Positions 19,299 through 29,412 are shown, numbered from the stretch's first letter. The stretch: 64,000 bases of DNA from Candidatus Spongiisociaceae bacterium (GCA_965219685.1 CBDCOH010000002.1:4064001-4128000), one strand, 5' to 3'. Made by a program: numbers and translations. Notes: generated by a model from the sequence alone, not told the origin.

Positions 19299-19730
19299 AT
19301 GCCAGCCGATGTCTTGGTGGATCTGAGTACCGCAATGGCGATCATCGGGGTGATGATTGCGCTATTCCTGCGTGCTGACCGCAGGATCGACGAGGTGGAG
19401 GCGAGGTCCGAGTCTCGTTTCGGAGAGATGGATGCCCGGTTGGAATCCCGGATGGACGAGGTGGATGCGCGGTTCGATAGGGTGGATGCCCGGTTGGAGT
19501 CCCGGTTGGACGAGGTGGATGCGCGGTTCGATAGGGTGGATGCGCGGTTCGATGTGGTGGATGCTCGGTTCGAGTCCATGGCGCGGGATATCGTGGAGGT
19601 CAAGGTTTCGGTTGCCCGGATAGAGGGCTACCTGCAGGCTGGTGAAGGCTTCAGACCCGCCGGGAGGGACCAGCCCGTCTCCCAGGCGGACGTCGATCAG
19701 CCTCCAACCAGCTATCGCCAGGCTGGATAG
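19299..19730 (+). CDS. membrane-anchored coiled-coil repeat protein (DUF1640/CCDC90-like)
   Basis: N-terminal hydrophobic helix, then 7/11-residue repeats (RFDRVDA, RLESRLDEVDA), ending VARIEG. Confidence 0.7.
   Translation: MPADVLVDLSTAMAIIGVMIALFLRADRRIDEVEARSESRFGEMDARLESRMDEVDARFDRVDARLESRLDEVDARFDRVDARFDVVDARFESMARDIVEVKVSVARIEGYLQAGEGFRPAGRDQPVSQADVDQPPTSYRQAG
19430..19575 (+). repeat. nested 21/33/54-bp coding tandem repeats
   Basis: gatgcccggttggartcccgg and gtggatgcgcggttcgat each recur. Confidence 0.85.
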
Positions 19731-19764
19731 CCTGCCATCTCCCAGGTCCCTTTACCTTCCGGCG

Positions 19765-21096
19765 TCAGAAGAGTTCCGCGAGGTCGTTGGCGTTGCTGAT
19801 CGAGGTGAGGTTGTAGAGGGCTTCCAGGAGTACTGCCGCGCGGTCATGGCGGATTGCAGGATCGGTGAGCCGGTGGAACTTTTCATCGAGCATGGCCTTT
19901 GGCATGGGTCGGCCGGGGCTTCCCAGGACTTCGTACATCAGTGCCGTCTTCGTATAGGTCCGGCCTCCCACCCGCAGTTCGACGGTGTTGGGAACCTCGT
20001 GGAAGCGACGGGCGGCGAACACCTTTGAACCTTCCGGATCCTCCACGATCTCGATGCGGCGGGCCATCTCACGCGCCACCGGGTCGGCGAACTGGTCCTC
20101 CGTGAACCACTCGTGCCCGGGTTCGACTCCGAGTATGCCGAGCGCCGTTCCCCACTGGACGCTGTAGATCCCCTCCCAGAAACTCCGAGGCGCCGGATCG
20201 TACTGGTGGGGGCGTAGATAGATGTCCGGCAGGTGGACCGTGACCTGGTCGATGTCCTCGACGGAGAGGCCGTGTTCGTCCATCAGTTCGAGGCTCAGTT
20301 GGATTCCTCCCTGCGACAGCCGACTCGATGGCCACGGCTTCAACTGGATCTCGCCGGCGGTGTAGCCGAAGGGTCCCGGCGAGGTTGCCATCGAGTCGAT
20401 GTCGTACTCCTTCGTGCGCCGCTCCAACTCGTCCGGCATCTCTCCGTAGCCGATCGAGGCGAGCAGCGCGGCCTGGATACCGTCGTGGCAGAGGAACAGG
20501 TTGCCCATCCCAACATGGCTGATCCGCTTGGGCTCGGGAGGGTTGAGCAACTGGGACTGGCGAACCGGGTATCCCCAGCACAGTCCCATGGCGAGGTTGG
20601 TGGTCTCGGCGTCCAGGCCGAGCAGGCGGCATGTGGCCATCGCCAGGCACAGGTTTATGTGGCGCTGGATGTCGCCGTCGTAGCGGGCGTAGTGGAATCG
20701 GCCGTTGATCTCGTAGGTCACGCAGGCGGTTGCAAGCATCTCAGCCCCGGTAGCTCCCACCCTTTGGCCGATCGCGAGGATCGTGTGCACGAGTGAGGGG
20801 CCGATGTGGATGCCGGGCCCGGTCTCCTCGAAGTCGAGGGACCGCGCCAGCTGTGCGTTGATCCCCGCCGCCAGCTGGCTGGAAGTCCGAAAGCCACCCC
20901 CGAGTACGACCGCTTCGGGCGTGCCGCCCACGTCGTGGGCATACGCGATGAACTCCTGACCCGATACAGGCAGGCCGCCGTAGGTGGTTCCGACCGTGTC
21001 TATGAACAGCCGTTGCATCCGTTCCCGAGCCTGCGCCGGTATGTCCGCGAGGTCCGCGCCGAGCAACTCCTCGACCAGTCGGTTGGTTATGCCCAT
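19765..21096 (-). CDS. MmgE/PrpD family protein, divergent DFEETGPG clade
   Basis: AAGINAQLARSLDFEETGPGIH, LKPWPS, GSPGRPM..EKF. Start MGITNRL. Confidence 0.85.
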   Translation of the reverse strand: MGITNRLVEELLGADLADIPAQARERMQRLFIDTVGTTYGGLPVSGQEFIAYAHDVGGTPEAVVLGGGFRTSSQLAAGINAQLARSLDFEETGPGIHIGPSLVHTILAIGQRVGATGAEMLATACVTYEINGRFHYARYDGDIQRHINLCLAMATCRLLGLDAETTNLAMGLCWGYPVRQSQLLNPPEPKRISHVGMGNLFLCHDGIQAALLASIGYGEMPDELERRTKEYDIDSMATSPGPFGYTAGEIQLKPWPSSRLSQGGIQLSLELMDEHGLSVEDIDQVTVHLPDIYLRPHQYDPAPRSFWEGIYSVQWGTALGILGVEPGHEWFTEDQFADPVAREMARRIEIVEDPEGSKVFAARRFHEVPNTVELRVGGRTYTKTALMYEVLGSPGRPMPKAMLDEKFHRLTDPAIRHDRAAVLLEALYNLTSISNANDLAELF

Positions 21097-21167
21097 GGAT
21101 GCGACTCCCTGCCGTCTAGCTGCGACCATACCGCAACACGTATCCGGCGGTTCGATCGCTACCAGAG

Positions 21168-21420
21168 GAGTAGTTCCAAGGGATCTGACCAGAAACGACC
21201 GCACTCTGATCGCTGCACAACTCTGTACAACGCATCTGTAACTCGTATATCCCCGTTCTTGGACTCGGACTCCGGAGCTGCCATTTCGCGAAGAGCCATC
21301 CGCGGGTGCAAGCGCGTGATCCAAACAGTGCTAGGAGGATGGTAAATTATCCCAGGTAACGTTACCCTCTGCTTGCCAACTAGAGACTATAGACTACCGA
21401 CTAGGAACTAATCATCTAGG
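21168..21420. repeat. unannotated ~253-nt dispersed intergenic element, copy 1
   Basis: Collinear similarity to 29413..29666 over its full length. Imperfect terminal inverted repeat tagttccaag...ctaggaacta. Confidence 0.85.
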
Positions 21421-21460
21421 TTGCTTACCCGTAGCGGCTATGGGGTTGGAGGGCCTGGTC

Positions 21461-22822
21461 ATGGCGTCGTACGAGCTTCTGGTCAAGAACGGCATTCTCG
21501 TGGGATCACGAGCGGACCCGCGGAGAGCCGATCTGGCCGCCGACCGAGGCCGGATCGTGGCAATCGAGGAGCCGGGAAGGTTGGGTCCCGGTGTCCGGAC
21601 GATCGACGCCGACGGCCTCTACGTGATGCCGGGCGCCATCGATCCCCATGTGCATCTGGGTATGGGGGGTGGTTTCGGGTCGTTCCAGGCCGACACGGGG
21701 GCCGCGACGATCGGCGGTGTGTCCAGCCTGTTCACGATACTGATCGACAGCGGCCCGTACGATCCGGTGATCGCCGAGCACAGCGAGGTTCTCGACCGGG
21801 TCAGCCATGTGGACTTCGGGTTCCACGTGACACTGATGACCGACGACCACGTGGACGCACTGGCCGGACTGGCTGAGCGGTGGGGTGTCAACTCATACAA
21901 GTACTTCATGAGCTTCCGGGGTGACGAGGGAGCATATCTGGGGATCGATGGCACCGACGACGGCGCCTTCCATAATATCCTCTCCGGCGTCGCGGCGGTG
22001 GGCGGGACCCTCCAGATACACCCTGAGAACATCGAGGTCGTGTGGCGCCTCCGTGACAAGGTGAGGGCATCGGGCCGGGATGATCTCCGCGCCTGGGACG
22101 AGAGCCGGCCTGATTTCGTTGAGGCCGAGAGCATCTGGAGGGCGTCCTTCTTCGCCGAACTCGTGGGGACCAGGGTCTACTTCGTCCACCTGAGTTCCGG
22201 CTACGCTCTGGCCGCCGTTCGAGGCGCGCGGGCAGCTTTTCCGGGGGCCACCCTGTTCGCCGAGACCTGTCCTCACTACCTCACCCACACCCACGACTCG
22301 GAACTCGGTGTGGTGGGAAAGATCAACCCGCCCCTTCGGAGCGACGACGACGTGAGCGCGGTATGGGACGCCGTTGGGGATGGAACCATGGACACCGTCG
22401 GATCTGATCATGTGGGCAGGCGTCTGGAAGTGAAGCGAGGATCGATCTGGACCGCTTCCGCAGGCTTCCCGGGTCTGCCGACGGTGCTACCGGTGCTGCT
22501 ATCGGAGGGCCATCACCGTCGTGGACTCCCGCTGCCCGAGATAGCGCGCCTGGCGTCCGGGCGCGCGGCGGAGATCTTCGGCTGCGCCGACCGGAAGGGG
22601 GACCTGCGGGTCGGGATGGACGCCGACCTCGCCATCGTCGACCTCGACTGGACCAGGGAGGTCAGTTCCTCCATGCTGGGTACCTGGTCCGACTACAGCA
22701 TCTACGACGGCTGGTCTCTCACCGGTTGGCCGAGGTACACCGTGGTAAGGGGCGAAGTGGTTCAAGAAAACGGCGACCTGGTCGGCCCCCCGGGCTGGGG
22801 GCAGCACATTCGGCGGGGGTGA
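21461..22822 (+). CDS. cyclic amidohydrolase (dihydropyrimidinase/allantoinase/imidase family)
   Basis: MPGAIDPHVH, SYKYFM, IHPEN, VHLS, ETCPHYL, KINPPLR, GSDH. Confidence 0.92.
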   Translation: MASYELLVKNGILVGSRADPRRADLAADRGRIVAIEEPGRLGPGVRTIDADGLYVMPGAIDPHVHLGMGGGFGSFQADTGAATIGGVSSLFTILIDSGPYDPVIAEHSEVLDRVSHVDFGFHVTLMTDDHVDALAGLAERWGVNSYKYFMSFRGDEGAYLGIDGTDDGAFHNILSGVAAVGGTLQIHPENIEVVWRLRDKVRASGRDDLRAWDESRPDFVEAESIWRASFFAELVGTRVYFVHLSSGYALAAVRGARAAFPGATLFAETCPHYLTHTHDSELGVVGKINPPLRSDDDVSAVWDAVGDGTMDTVGSDHVGRRLEVKRGSIWTASAGFPGLPTVLPVLLSEGHHRRGLPLPEIARLASGRAAEIFGCADRKGDLRVGMDADLAIVDLDWTREVSSSMLGTWSDYSIYDGWSLTGWPRYTVVRGEVVQENGDLVGPPGWGQHIRRG

Positions 22823-22824
22823 GG

Positions 22825-22920
22825 GGTGAGTGGTGAGTGGTGGAGTGGTGAATGGTGGAGTGGTGAGTGGTGAGTGGTGAATGGTGAATGGTGAATGGTG
22901 AATGGTGAATGGTGAATGGT
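22825..22920 (+). repeat. heptamer tandem array (TGGTGAG/TGGTGAA)
   Basis: Directly visible right after the stop codon at 22822. Confidence 0.95.
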
Positions 22921-23135
22921 GCCAACTCTTGACGGTACTCGACCCGAGCTTACCTTCGCTCATCCATTTATAACATGAGGGGCGGCATACGGGAACCCCA
23001 TATATTCTTAGACAACGAGTCGATTGGAGTTGAGGGGGTTGGTGGCTGGTGGATGGTGGATGACTCTCAAGAGTATTCGACTACCGACACTGCGCTCTCG
23101 GCAGCCCCACCTAACACCAAACACCCACCTGACCT

Positions 23136-23825
23136 CTACCCGCCGAGAGATCGCAGGTAGGCGATGACGTCGTTGACGGGTACCACGTCGGCGTACTTTG
23201 CATCCATGTCGAAAAGGCTGATGTCGTGGCTGATCCGGATGCGGTCGAACACGCACTCCTCGACGACGATCGTGTGGAAGTTGTAGGAGAATGCGTCGGC
23301 AACCGTGGCGCGAACACAGCCGCCGGTGGTGGCGCCGGTGACCAGAAGCGTGTCGGCCCTGAAGTCGACCAGATAGCTGGCCAGGGCGGTTCCGAAGAAA
23401 GCGCTGGCGTGCCGTTTCGGGAGCAACACGTCGCCTTCCTGCGGGGCGATCTCCTCGATGAACTGGTATCCGCGTTCGGGGATGGTGGTGATGAGGGGGT
23501 TGATCTGGCCGAACCGCCCCGCGTCGACGGCTCGCTTGGGGGCGACGTACGGATAGATGATCGGCGCTCCGGCAGCCCGGGCAGCCTCCAGCAGCCGGGC
23601 TACGTGGCCGACCGCCTCCCATGCCTGCGCGCCGCAGGCGGTGGGGTACATGGTGGTGATCGCCTCCTCGATCGGGGCAGGATGGTCCCCGGCGGTCCGG
23701 TACTGCAGGTCGATGACGAGCACAGCCGGCCGCTCCCCGAACCCGACCCGGTTGGCGAAACCGGCCAACCGGTACACACCCCGATCTGCCTCGGGTACCG
23801 AGGCCATCCATGCAGGGTCGCTCAT
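23136..23825 (-). CDS. isochorismatase family amidase (maleamate amidohydrolase/N-carbamoylsarcosine amidase-like)
   Basis: GFGERPAVLVID, KRHASAFFGT, GATTGGCVRATVAD, FDMDAKYADV. Confidence 0.88.
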   Translation of the reverse strand: MSDPAWMASVPEADRGVYRLAGFANRVGFGERPAVLVIDLQYRTAGDHPAPIEEAITTMYPTACGAQAWEAVGHVARLLEAARAAGAPIIYPYVAPKRAVDAGRFGQINPLITTIPERGYQFIEEIAPQEGDVLLPKRHASAFFGTALASYLVDFRADTLLVTGATTGGCVRATVADAFSYNFHTIVVEECVFDRIRISHDISLFDMDAKYADVVPVNDVIAYLRSLGG

Positions 23826-24748
23826 ACCGTCCCTCCCCGTTCCGTCCGGATTTCGTCGGCCAGGGAGTCGAACTCATCCAGCATCACCAACTCCTGGCGT
23901 TCCTCCCAGGAGAGCATACGGTCCTCGATGGCCGGGTCGGCCTCGTCGGCTGCCAGCAATGCCAGCGCTTCGCGGGCCGCAGTGACCATGGTGCGGAGCA
24001 GAAGGCTGGCTCGCAGAATGATGCTGAAGCCGAGTTCCTCGAGCCGGGCGGTGGGCAGCAGAGGCGTCTTCCCGCCCTCCACCAGGTTCGCCACCAGAGG
24101 GACACCCGGAAACGCTGATCCCACCACGGCCAACTCGGCCTCCGACCGGGGCGCCTCCACGAACAGGGCGTCGGCGCCTGCCGCCAGATATGCCTCGGCA
24201 CGGGAGATGGCCTCGGCGAGGCCCACGACGTTGCGAGCGTCGGTTCGAGCGATGAGCATCAGATCGGGACTCGATCGAGCCCGGGTGGCAGCCTCGATCT
24301 TCTCTGCCATCTCGGTCGGGGTCACCAGCCGCTGGCCTTCGAAGTGCCCGCACCGTTTTGGATCCTGCTGATCCTCGATCTGGACCGCCGCCGCCCCGGC
24401 TCGCTCCAACTGGTACACGGATCTCATCACCGATAGGGGACCGCCGAACCCGGTGTCGGCGTCGACGATGAGGGGCAGGCGGCTGGCTTCCCGGATCCTC
24501 CCCACATGGTCGATCAGTTCGGTCCGGCTGACCAGCCCTACGTCCGGGAGTCCGAAGACGGAGTTGGCGAGTCCCGCGCCGGTGACATACGCCGCAGGGA
24601 AGCCGGCCTGCTCCACCATCCGGGCGCCGAGAGCATCGGTGACGCCCGGCACTACGATGCTTCCGCCGGTGAGGATCCGGCGGAGGGTGCGGGACGACAA
24701 TGCGGAGGCGGCACCCCCGAGCCCTGGCGGGATTTCCTTATCTGGCAT
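23822..24748 (-). CDS. isocitrate lyase/PEP mutase family C-C lyase (PrpB/2,3-dimethylmalate lyase-like)
   Basis: GLPDVGL, VDADTGFG, QIEDQ..PKRCGH, IARTDA. Start codon uncertain. Confidence 0.88.
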   Translation of the reverse strand: MPDKEIPPGLGGAASALSSRTLRRILTGGSIVVPGVTDALGARMVEQAGFPAAYVTGAGLANSVFGLPDVGLVSRTELIDHVGRIREASRLPLIVDADTGFGGPLSVMRSVYQLERAGAAAVQIEDQQDPKRCGHFEGQRLVTPTEMAEKIEAATRARSSPDLMLIARTDARNVVGLAEAISRAEAYLAAGADALFVEAPRSEAELAVVGSAFPGVPLVANLVEGGKTPLLPTARLEELGFSIILRASLLLRTMVTAAREALALLAADEADPAIEDRMLSWEERQELVMLDEFDSLADEIRTERGGTV

Positions 24749-24830
24749 CCTGGTGGAACTTAGCGCCGCCTGACCGTCACGGTCGTCTCGAAGGCTATAG
24801 GCTTCGAGACACGTACAGAGGGAGGAATCC

Positions 24831-25634
24831 GTGTCCGTGGTGACGAACGTCAGCCCCCGCGAGCACATCGAGTTCGTACGGGAACGGGACGTGGCTTGGA
24901 CGAGTTTCGATCCGCACGGCGCACCATCCGGGCGCCGGGTCAAGTATCTGACCAGGGGAGTCGACAGTGCTGCCTTCAGCGGTCTCGTACGTCTCCCGGC
25001 CGGGTACCAGGCACCGTTCGGCGCCCACGAACGGCAGACCGAACTCTTCGTGCTGGATGGGGAACTCGGTGTGGGCGACGCGGGCTGCGGTCCCAACACC
25101 TACCTGTTCGTTCCCGCAGGGGTCGGGTATGGCCCGGTCGTTGCGCGTGAGGAGACCACGATCCTGGCCCACTACGAAGGATCGGCCGATCTGGTCGAGC
25201 CCTCGAGCGGCGCCGAGCCTACGATCATCGACACCGATTCATGGGAGTGGACCTGGGGAGCCGGGGTGGGGCTGCCGAAGGGCCTGTGCCACAAGACCGT
25301 GCGCTACGACGAGACGACCGGGGAGCGCACCTTCCTGCTGGGGGTGGTTCCGTGGTGGGACTCGCCCCTCCTAGAGTTCCACCCGTGTGTCGAGGAGTGT
25401 TACGTCATCCAGGGCGACATGTTCATGGACAACGTGGCCGAACTCGGCGCCATGGGTCCTGGCGACTACTTCTGGCGCGATCCCTGGGTCAGTCATGGCC
25501 CGATGCGGACCAGGGAGGGGTTCATCGCCCTACTGCGACATGACCGTCACCATGTGAACTACTTCATCGATCGGACCGGTACCAGCCCCGAGGAAAACAT
25601 GGCCCTCGTGGAGAGCGGCCACTTCGACGAGTAA
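24831..25634 (+). CDS. bicupin protein (DUF4437/ChrR-like)
   Basis: REHIEF, H...ELFVLDG, EFHPCVEECYVIQG, PGDYFWR.P...HGP. Confidence 0.72.
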   Translation: MSVVTNVSPREHIEFVRERDVAWTSFDPHGAPSGRRVKYLTRGVDSAAFSGLVRLPAGYQAPFGAHERQTELFVLDGELGVGDAGCGPNTYLFVPAGVGYGPVVAREETTILAHYEGSADLVEPSSGAEPTIIDTDSWEWTWGAGVGLPKGLCHKTVRYDETTGERTFLLGVVPWWDSPLLEFHPCVEECYVIQGDMFMDNVAELGAMGPGDYFWRDPWVSHGPMRTREGFIALLRHDRHHVNYFIDRTGTSPEENMALVESGHFDE

Positions 25635-25670
25635 CGTTCGGACCGGCTCACCCAGTCGAGAGGAGACAAA

Positions 25671-26315
25671 GTGGATGTGTTCGAGGCGATGCGCACCCAG
25701 CGCAGTGTCAAGCGCTTCAAGCCGGAACCGGTATCGGACGACGACATACGGAGGATTCTGACGGCGGCCACCTGGGCTCCCAACGGCGCAAATGCGCAGC
25801 CCTGGGAGTTCATCGTCATCAAGGATCCCGAACTGAAGCGCAAGATCGCCGACATCTACCGGGACGGCTGGGACTTCCTGCGTGATCACCCACGACGCCA
25901 AGGTAGGAAAGCGTACGACAGCAGGACGGGCCAGAAGACCATGATCAAGATGTCGTACTACTTGCGGGACCACCTCGAGGAGAGTCCGGTTCTCATCGTC
26001 GTCGCGATGAACATCACCAAGAACAATTATCCCCGGTACGGAGTACTCAAGGCCTTCCGAGCGGAGGTCAACTACACGTCGACCGTGCCCTGCATCCAGA
26101 ACCTGATGCTTGCGGCCAGGGCTCTCGGTGTCGGAACATGCTTCACCACCGCGATGAACATCGTCGAGGAAGACGCCAAGATCTTGCTGGGAATGCCCGA
26201 AGAGACACAGATCATCGCGCTGATACCCATGGGTTATCCCACCGACGAGTTCAAGCCCCTAAAGCGGATCCCCGCCGAGGAGTTCACGCATTGGGACGGG
26301 TGGCAGGGAGACTGA
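25671..26315 (+). CDS. nitroreductase family protein
   Basis: RSVKRF, APNGANAQPWEF, QNLMLAARALGVG, IPMGYP. Confidence 0.92.
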   Translation: MDVFEAMRTQRSVKRFKPEPVSDDDIRRILTAATWAPNGANAQPWEFIVIKDPELKRKIADIYRDGWDFLRDHPRRQGRKAYDSRTGQKTMIKMSYYLRDHLEESPVLIVVAMNITKNNYPRYGVLKAFRAEVNYTSTVPCIQNLMLAARALGVGTCFTTAMNIVEEDAKILLGMPEETQIIALIPMGYPTDEFKPLKRIPAEEFTHWDGWQGD

Positions 26316-26318
26316 GCC

Positions 26319-27350
26319 TTGGTGAGCAGTAGCGGGGTTCGGGGCGCGGCCGGCACAACGGGGTCCAGAGGGTCTGCCGAGCCGGTACTGCGCGTCGAAG
26401 GTCTCAACACGACGTTCAGAACCCACGACGGCCCGGTGCCCGCGGTCCGTGACGTCTCCTTCGAACTCCGCAAGGGCGAGTTCCTGGGCCTGGTCGGGGA
26501 GTCCGGGTGCGGGAAGTCCACCGTGCTGATGTCGATACTGCGATTGCTCCCGGAGAACGCCGATATGAGCGCCCGGTCGCTGGTGTTCGAGGATCGCGAC
26601 ATGCTCGGTCTGTCGGACGAGGGGATCCGGCTGTTGAGGGGTCGCCGGATCAGCTTGATCCCCCAGCGACCGATGAGTTCGTTGAGTCCCGTCGCCACCA
26701 TCGAGAGGCAGCTCAAGTGGTACCTCCAGCGGGACGGAGCGAGGAGACCCGAAGAGTTGACCGGAGCTATGGAGTCGATGCTCGACCGGGTGGGACTGCG
26801 AGCGGCGGTCGAGCGCCTCTCCGGATACCCGTACCAGTTCTCCGGAGGCCAGTTGCAGCGGATGCTCATCGCCATCGCCGCGCTGGTCGGTGAGCCGGAC
26901 GTACTGATGGCCGATGAGCCCACCACCACACTGGATGTGACGGTTCAGGCGCAGGTGCTGAGCCTCCTTCTGGAAGCGAGGGACAGGCTGGGGCTGTCGG
27001 TGATCATCGTCACTCACGACCTGGGTGTGATCGCCCAGACCTGTGACCGGGTGGCGGTCATGTACGGCGGGAGGCTGGTGGAGATGGCCGATGTGAACAC
27101 GCTGTTCCACGAGCCGCGCCATCCCTACACCATCGCCTTGCTGGATTCGCTGCCCAGCCGGCACCGGCGAGGGGAGCCGTTGACCTCGATCGAGGGAAGC
27201 GCCATCGGTTCCAACCTCCTCGACGGGTGCCCCTTCGCCCCACGGTGCCCCAGCGTCATGGATAACTGCCATACCGACGTGCCGGAGGAGCGAACCGTCG
27301 GGGAGACCTTCGTACGCTGCCATCTCTACTCGGGTGCGGATCATGGCTGA
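26319..27350 (+). CDS. peptide/nickel ABC transporter ATP-binding subunit (OppD/DppD-like)
   Basis: GESGCGKS, FSGGQLQR, ADEPTT, HPYT, Cys-rich C-terminus. Confidence 0.93.
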   Translation: MVSSSGVRGAAGTTGSRGSAEPVLRVEGLNTTFRTHDGPVPAVRDVSFELRKGEFLGLVGESGCGKSTVLMSILRLLPENADMSARSLVFEDRDMLGLSDEGIRLLRGRRISLIPQRPMSSLSPVATIERQLKWYLQRDGARRPEELTGAMESMLDRVGLRAAVERLSGYPYQFSGGQLQRMLIAIAALVGEPDVLMADEPTTTLDVTVQAQVLSLLLEARDRLGLSVIIVTHDLGVIAQTCDRVAVMYGGRLVEMADVNTLFHEPRHPYTIALLDSLPSRHRRGEPLTSIEGSAIGSNLLDGCPFAPRCPSVMDNCHTDVPEERTVGETFVRCHLYSGADHG

Positions 27351-28320
27351 AGTCCCGAGGTTGGAGGTACGCGATCTCGTGAAGCACTTCCCGGTACGGC
27401 GGGGTACGTTCGCCAAGGCCCGGGAGTTCGTCAAGGCCGTGAACGGCGTCTCCCTGGACATCCGCGACGGCGAGACCGTGGCCATCGTCGGCGAGTCGGG
27501 CTGCGGCAAGTCGACCATCGCCCGGTTGATCCTCCGGCTGGAGCGTCCCACATCGGGGAGCATCCGCCTCGACGGCGAGGACCTGCTCGCGATGGAGGAC
27601 ACGACCGCGGCTCGCCGAGCGGTCCAACTCGTGTCGCAGAACCCCTGGTCGGCGTTGAACCGCCGCAAGACCATCAAGCACACTCTCACCCAGCCGCTCA
27701 AGGTCCACAACCTGGTGGATACCCGGGCTGGTCGGACTGTGCGGGCAGCGCAGCTACTGGAGGAGGTCGGCCTGTCACCGGAATACCTCTACCGGTTCCC
27801 GAGCGGGATCAGCGGAGGTGAGTTGCAGAGGGTCACCATCGCCAGGGCATTGGCGGTCTCGCCCGGGGTGCTCATCCTCGACGAGCCGACCGCCAGCCTC
27901 GACGTGAGCGTGAAGGCCAGCATCATCAACCTGCTGATCGACCTCCGGGATCTGGAGAAGCTGACCTACCTCTTCATCACCCACGAGATCGACATCGCCA
28001 AGCACGTGAGCGACCGGATCGCGGTCATGTACCTCGGACGGATCGTCGAACAGGGCCCCACCGAGGAGATATTCGAGAACCCGCAACATCCCTACACGCA
28101 ATCACTGCTCGGGTCGGTACCTGTCCCGGATCCCCAACTGCGGGCCGAGCTGAAGCCCATCTCCGGGGAAGTTCCATCCGCTATCGACCTACCCTCCGGA
28201 TGTACCTTCCACACGCGTTGCCCCTACGTCTTCGACCGCTGCCCGGAGGAGATCCCCGAACTGTCGATGGTCGATTCCCTGCATCTGGCCGCCTGCCACC
28301 TGATGGAGCAGGGCAGGTAG
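27343..28320 (+). CDS. peptide/nickel ABC transporter ATP-binding subunit (OppF/DppF-like)
   Basis: GESGCGKS, ISGGELQR, LDEPT, HPYT, GC.FHTRCP. Confidence 0.93.
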   Translation: MAEVPRLEVRDLVKHFPVRRGTFAKAREFVKAVNGVSLDIRDGETVAIVGESGCGKSTIARLILRLERPTSGSIRLDGEDLLAMEDTTAARRAVQLVSQNPWSALNRRKTIKHTLTQPLKVHNLVDTRAGRTVRAAQLLEEVGLSPEYLYRFPSGISGGELQRVTIARALAVSPGVLILDEPTASLDVSVKASIINLLIDLRDLEKLTYLFITHEIDIAKHVSDRIAVMYLGRIVEQGPTEEIFENPQHPYTQSLLGSVPVPDPQLRAELKPISGEVPSAIDLPSGCTFHTRCPYVFDRCPEEIPELSMVDSLHLAACHLMEQGR

Positions 28321-28422
28321 CATCCTGGCTCGGTTCGGGGATTCGCGGTCGACAGCCGAGAGTAGAAGTGGCTCCAGTCCGGTGGCCGCGACTGCCCCAT
28401 ACCGCAGCCGAGCGACCTGACC

Positions 28423-29409
28423 GTGTCCTCCCCTTCGCTGGGTGTTGCCTTCTTCAGCCTCGGCAACCGTGGTCCGACCCAGATCGCCGCACTCGGGTCC
28501 GAGCTCGAGGACGTCGGGATGGATCATCTGTTCGTCACCGAGTCGAACAACGACGCGATGACGACGATGGCAGTGATGGCGGGCGTCACGTCGACCGCCA
28601 CGATCGGATCGGCCATTGCCAACATCTACCTGCGCCATCCCCTTCAGATGGCCCAGGCGGCGGCGGGTGTGGAGGAGGTGTCGGCCGGCCGGATGCTTCT
28701 CGGTCTCGGGGTGGGGCATCAGATGGTCAACGTCGACAGCCTGGAGTTGGACATGTCGAGGCCGGTACGGGACATGCGCGAGTACGTGGAGTTGGTGCGG
28801 GCGGGCCTCGGCTCGGGTGGCGGCCCGATCGACTACGAGGGGTCCCGCTTCACCGCCAGGGGCCCGCGGGCGACCGTGGCCTGGGCGCCGGAACGCCGGG
28901 TACCCATCGTGGTCGCCGCTCACGGACCGAACATGGTCCGTATGGCGGTGGAGGTGGCGGACGGTATCTTCACCTCGGTGGTCAGCCGGGCCCAGATAGC
29001 TCGGCTGCGCGCCCTGATGGACGAGCACTGCACGACTATCGGCCGGGATCCGTCCGAGCTGCGGATCTACACGATGGTCTACGCCTGCATTGACGACGAT
29101 CCGGTCCTGGCGCGACGCCGCCTCAGGGAGAGGGTCGAGTTGACCCTGATCCAGGTCAACTACCGGCGCCAGCTCCGGAGGGAGGGGAAGCTACTCGCGG
29201 GCGCGTCCCTGACCGGCGCCCAAGTGGCGGAGTTGGGGATTGCGGGATCCGTGGAGCATGCTCGCCACCTCTTGGGCGAGTACCGGGCAGCAGGAGTGGA
29301 TGTCCCGATCCTGGCGCCGTTCACCCGTGACCCGGCTGATGTGGATACGGGATACCGCTCGTTCTCGGTAGATGCCTACCTGGCCCTCGAAGACCTCGTC
29401 GGCTACTGA
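28423..29409 (+). CDS. LLM-class flavin/F420-dependent oxidoreductase
   Basis: FVTESNNDA, IANIYLRHP, GRMLLGLGVG, AAHGPNM, ADG. Confidence 0.88.
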   Translation: MSSPSLGVAFFSLGNRGPTQIAALGSELEDVGMDHLFVTESNNDAMTTMAVMAGVTSTATIGSAIANIYLRHPLQMAQAAAGVEEVSAGRMLLGLGVGHQMVNVDSLELDMSRPVRDMREYVELVRAGLGSGGGPIDYEGSRFTARGPRATVAWAPERRVPIVVAAHGPNMVRMAVEVADGIFTSVVSRAQIARLRALMDEHCTTIGRDPSELRIYTMVYACIDDDPVLARRRLRERVELTLIQVNYRRQLRREGKLLAGASLTGAQVAELGIAGSVEHARHLLGEYRAAGVDVPILAPFTRDPADVDTGYRSFSVDAYLALEDLVGY

Positions 29410-29412
29410 GAC

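Noticed and set aside
21097-21324. Peptide encoded by the 253-nt element (the minus strand is open in both copies)
   Set aside because: Similarity between the two translations breaks in the middle through indels, and there is no shared start or RBS. Conservation looks nucleotide-level.
22499-22963. ORFs encoding HHSPFT/HHSPLT repeats (also the 5' extension at 32066)
   Set aside because: These are translations of the non-coding heptamer arrays, antisense to or upstream of real genes.
23822-24748. Standard methylcitrate cycle (prpB/prpD)
   Set aside because: No prpC citrate synthase in the window, and the PrpD homologs are many and divergent, so gene symbols were not assigned.
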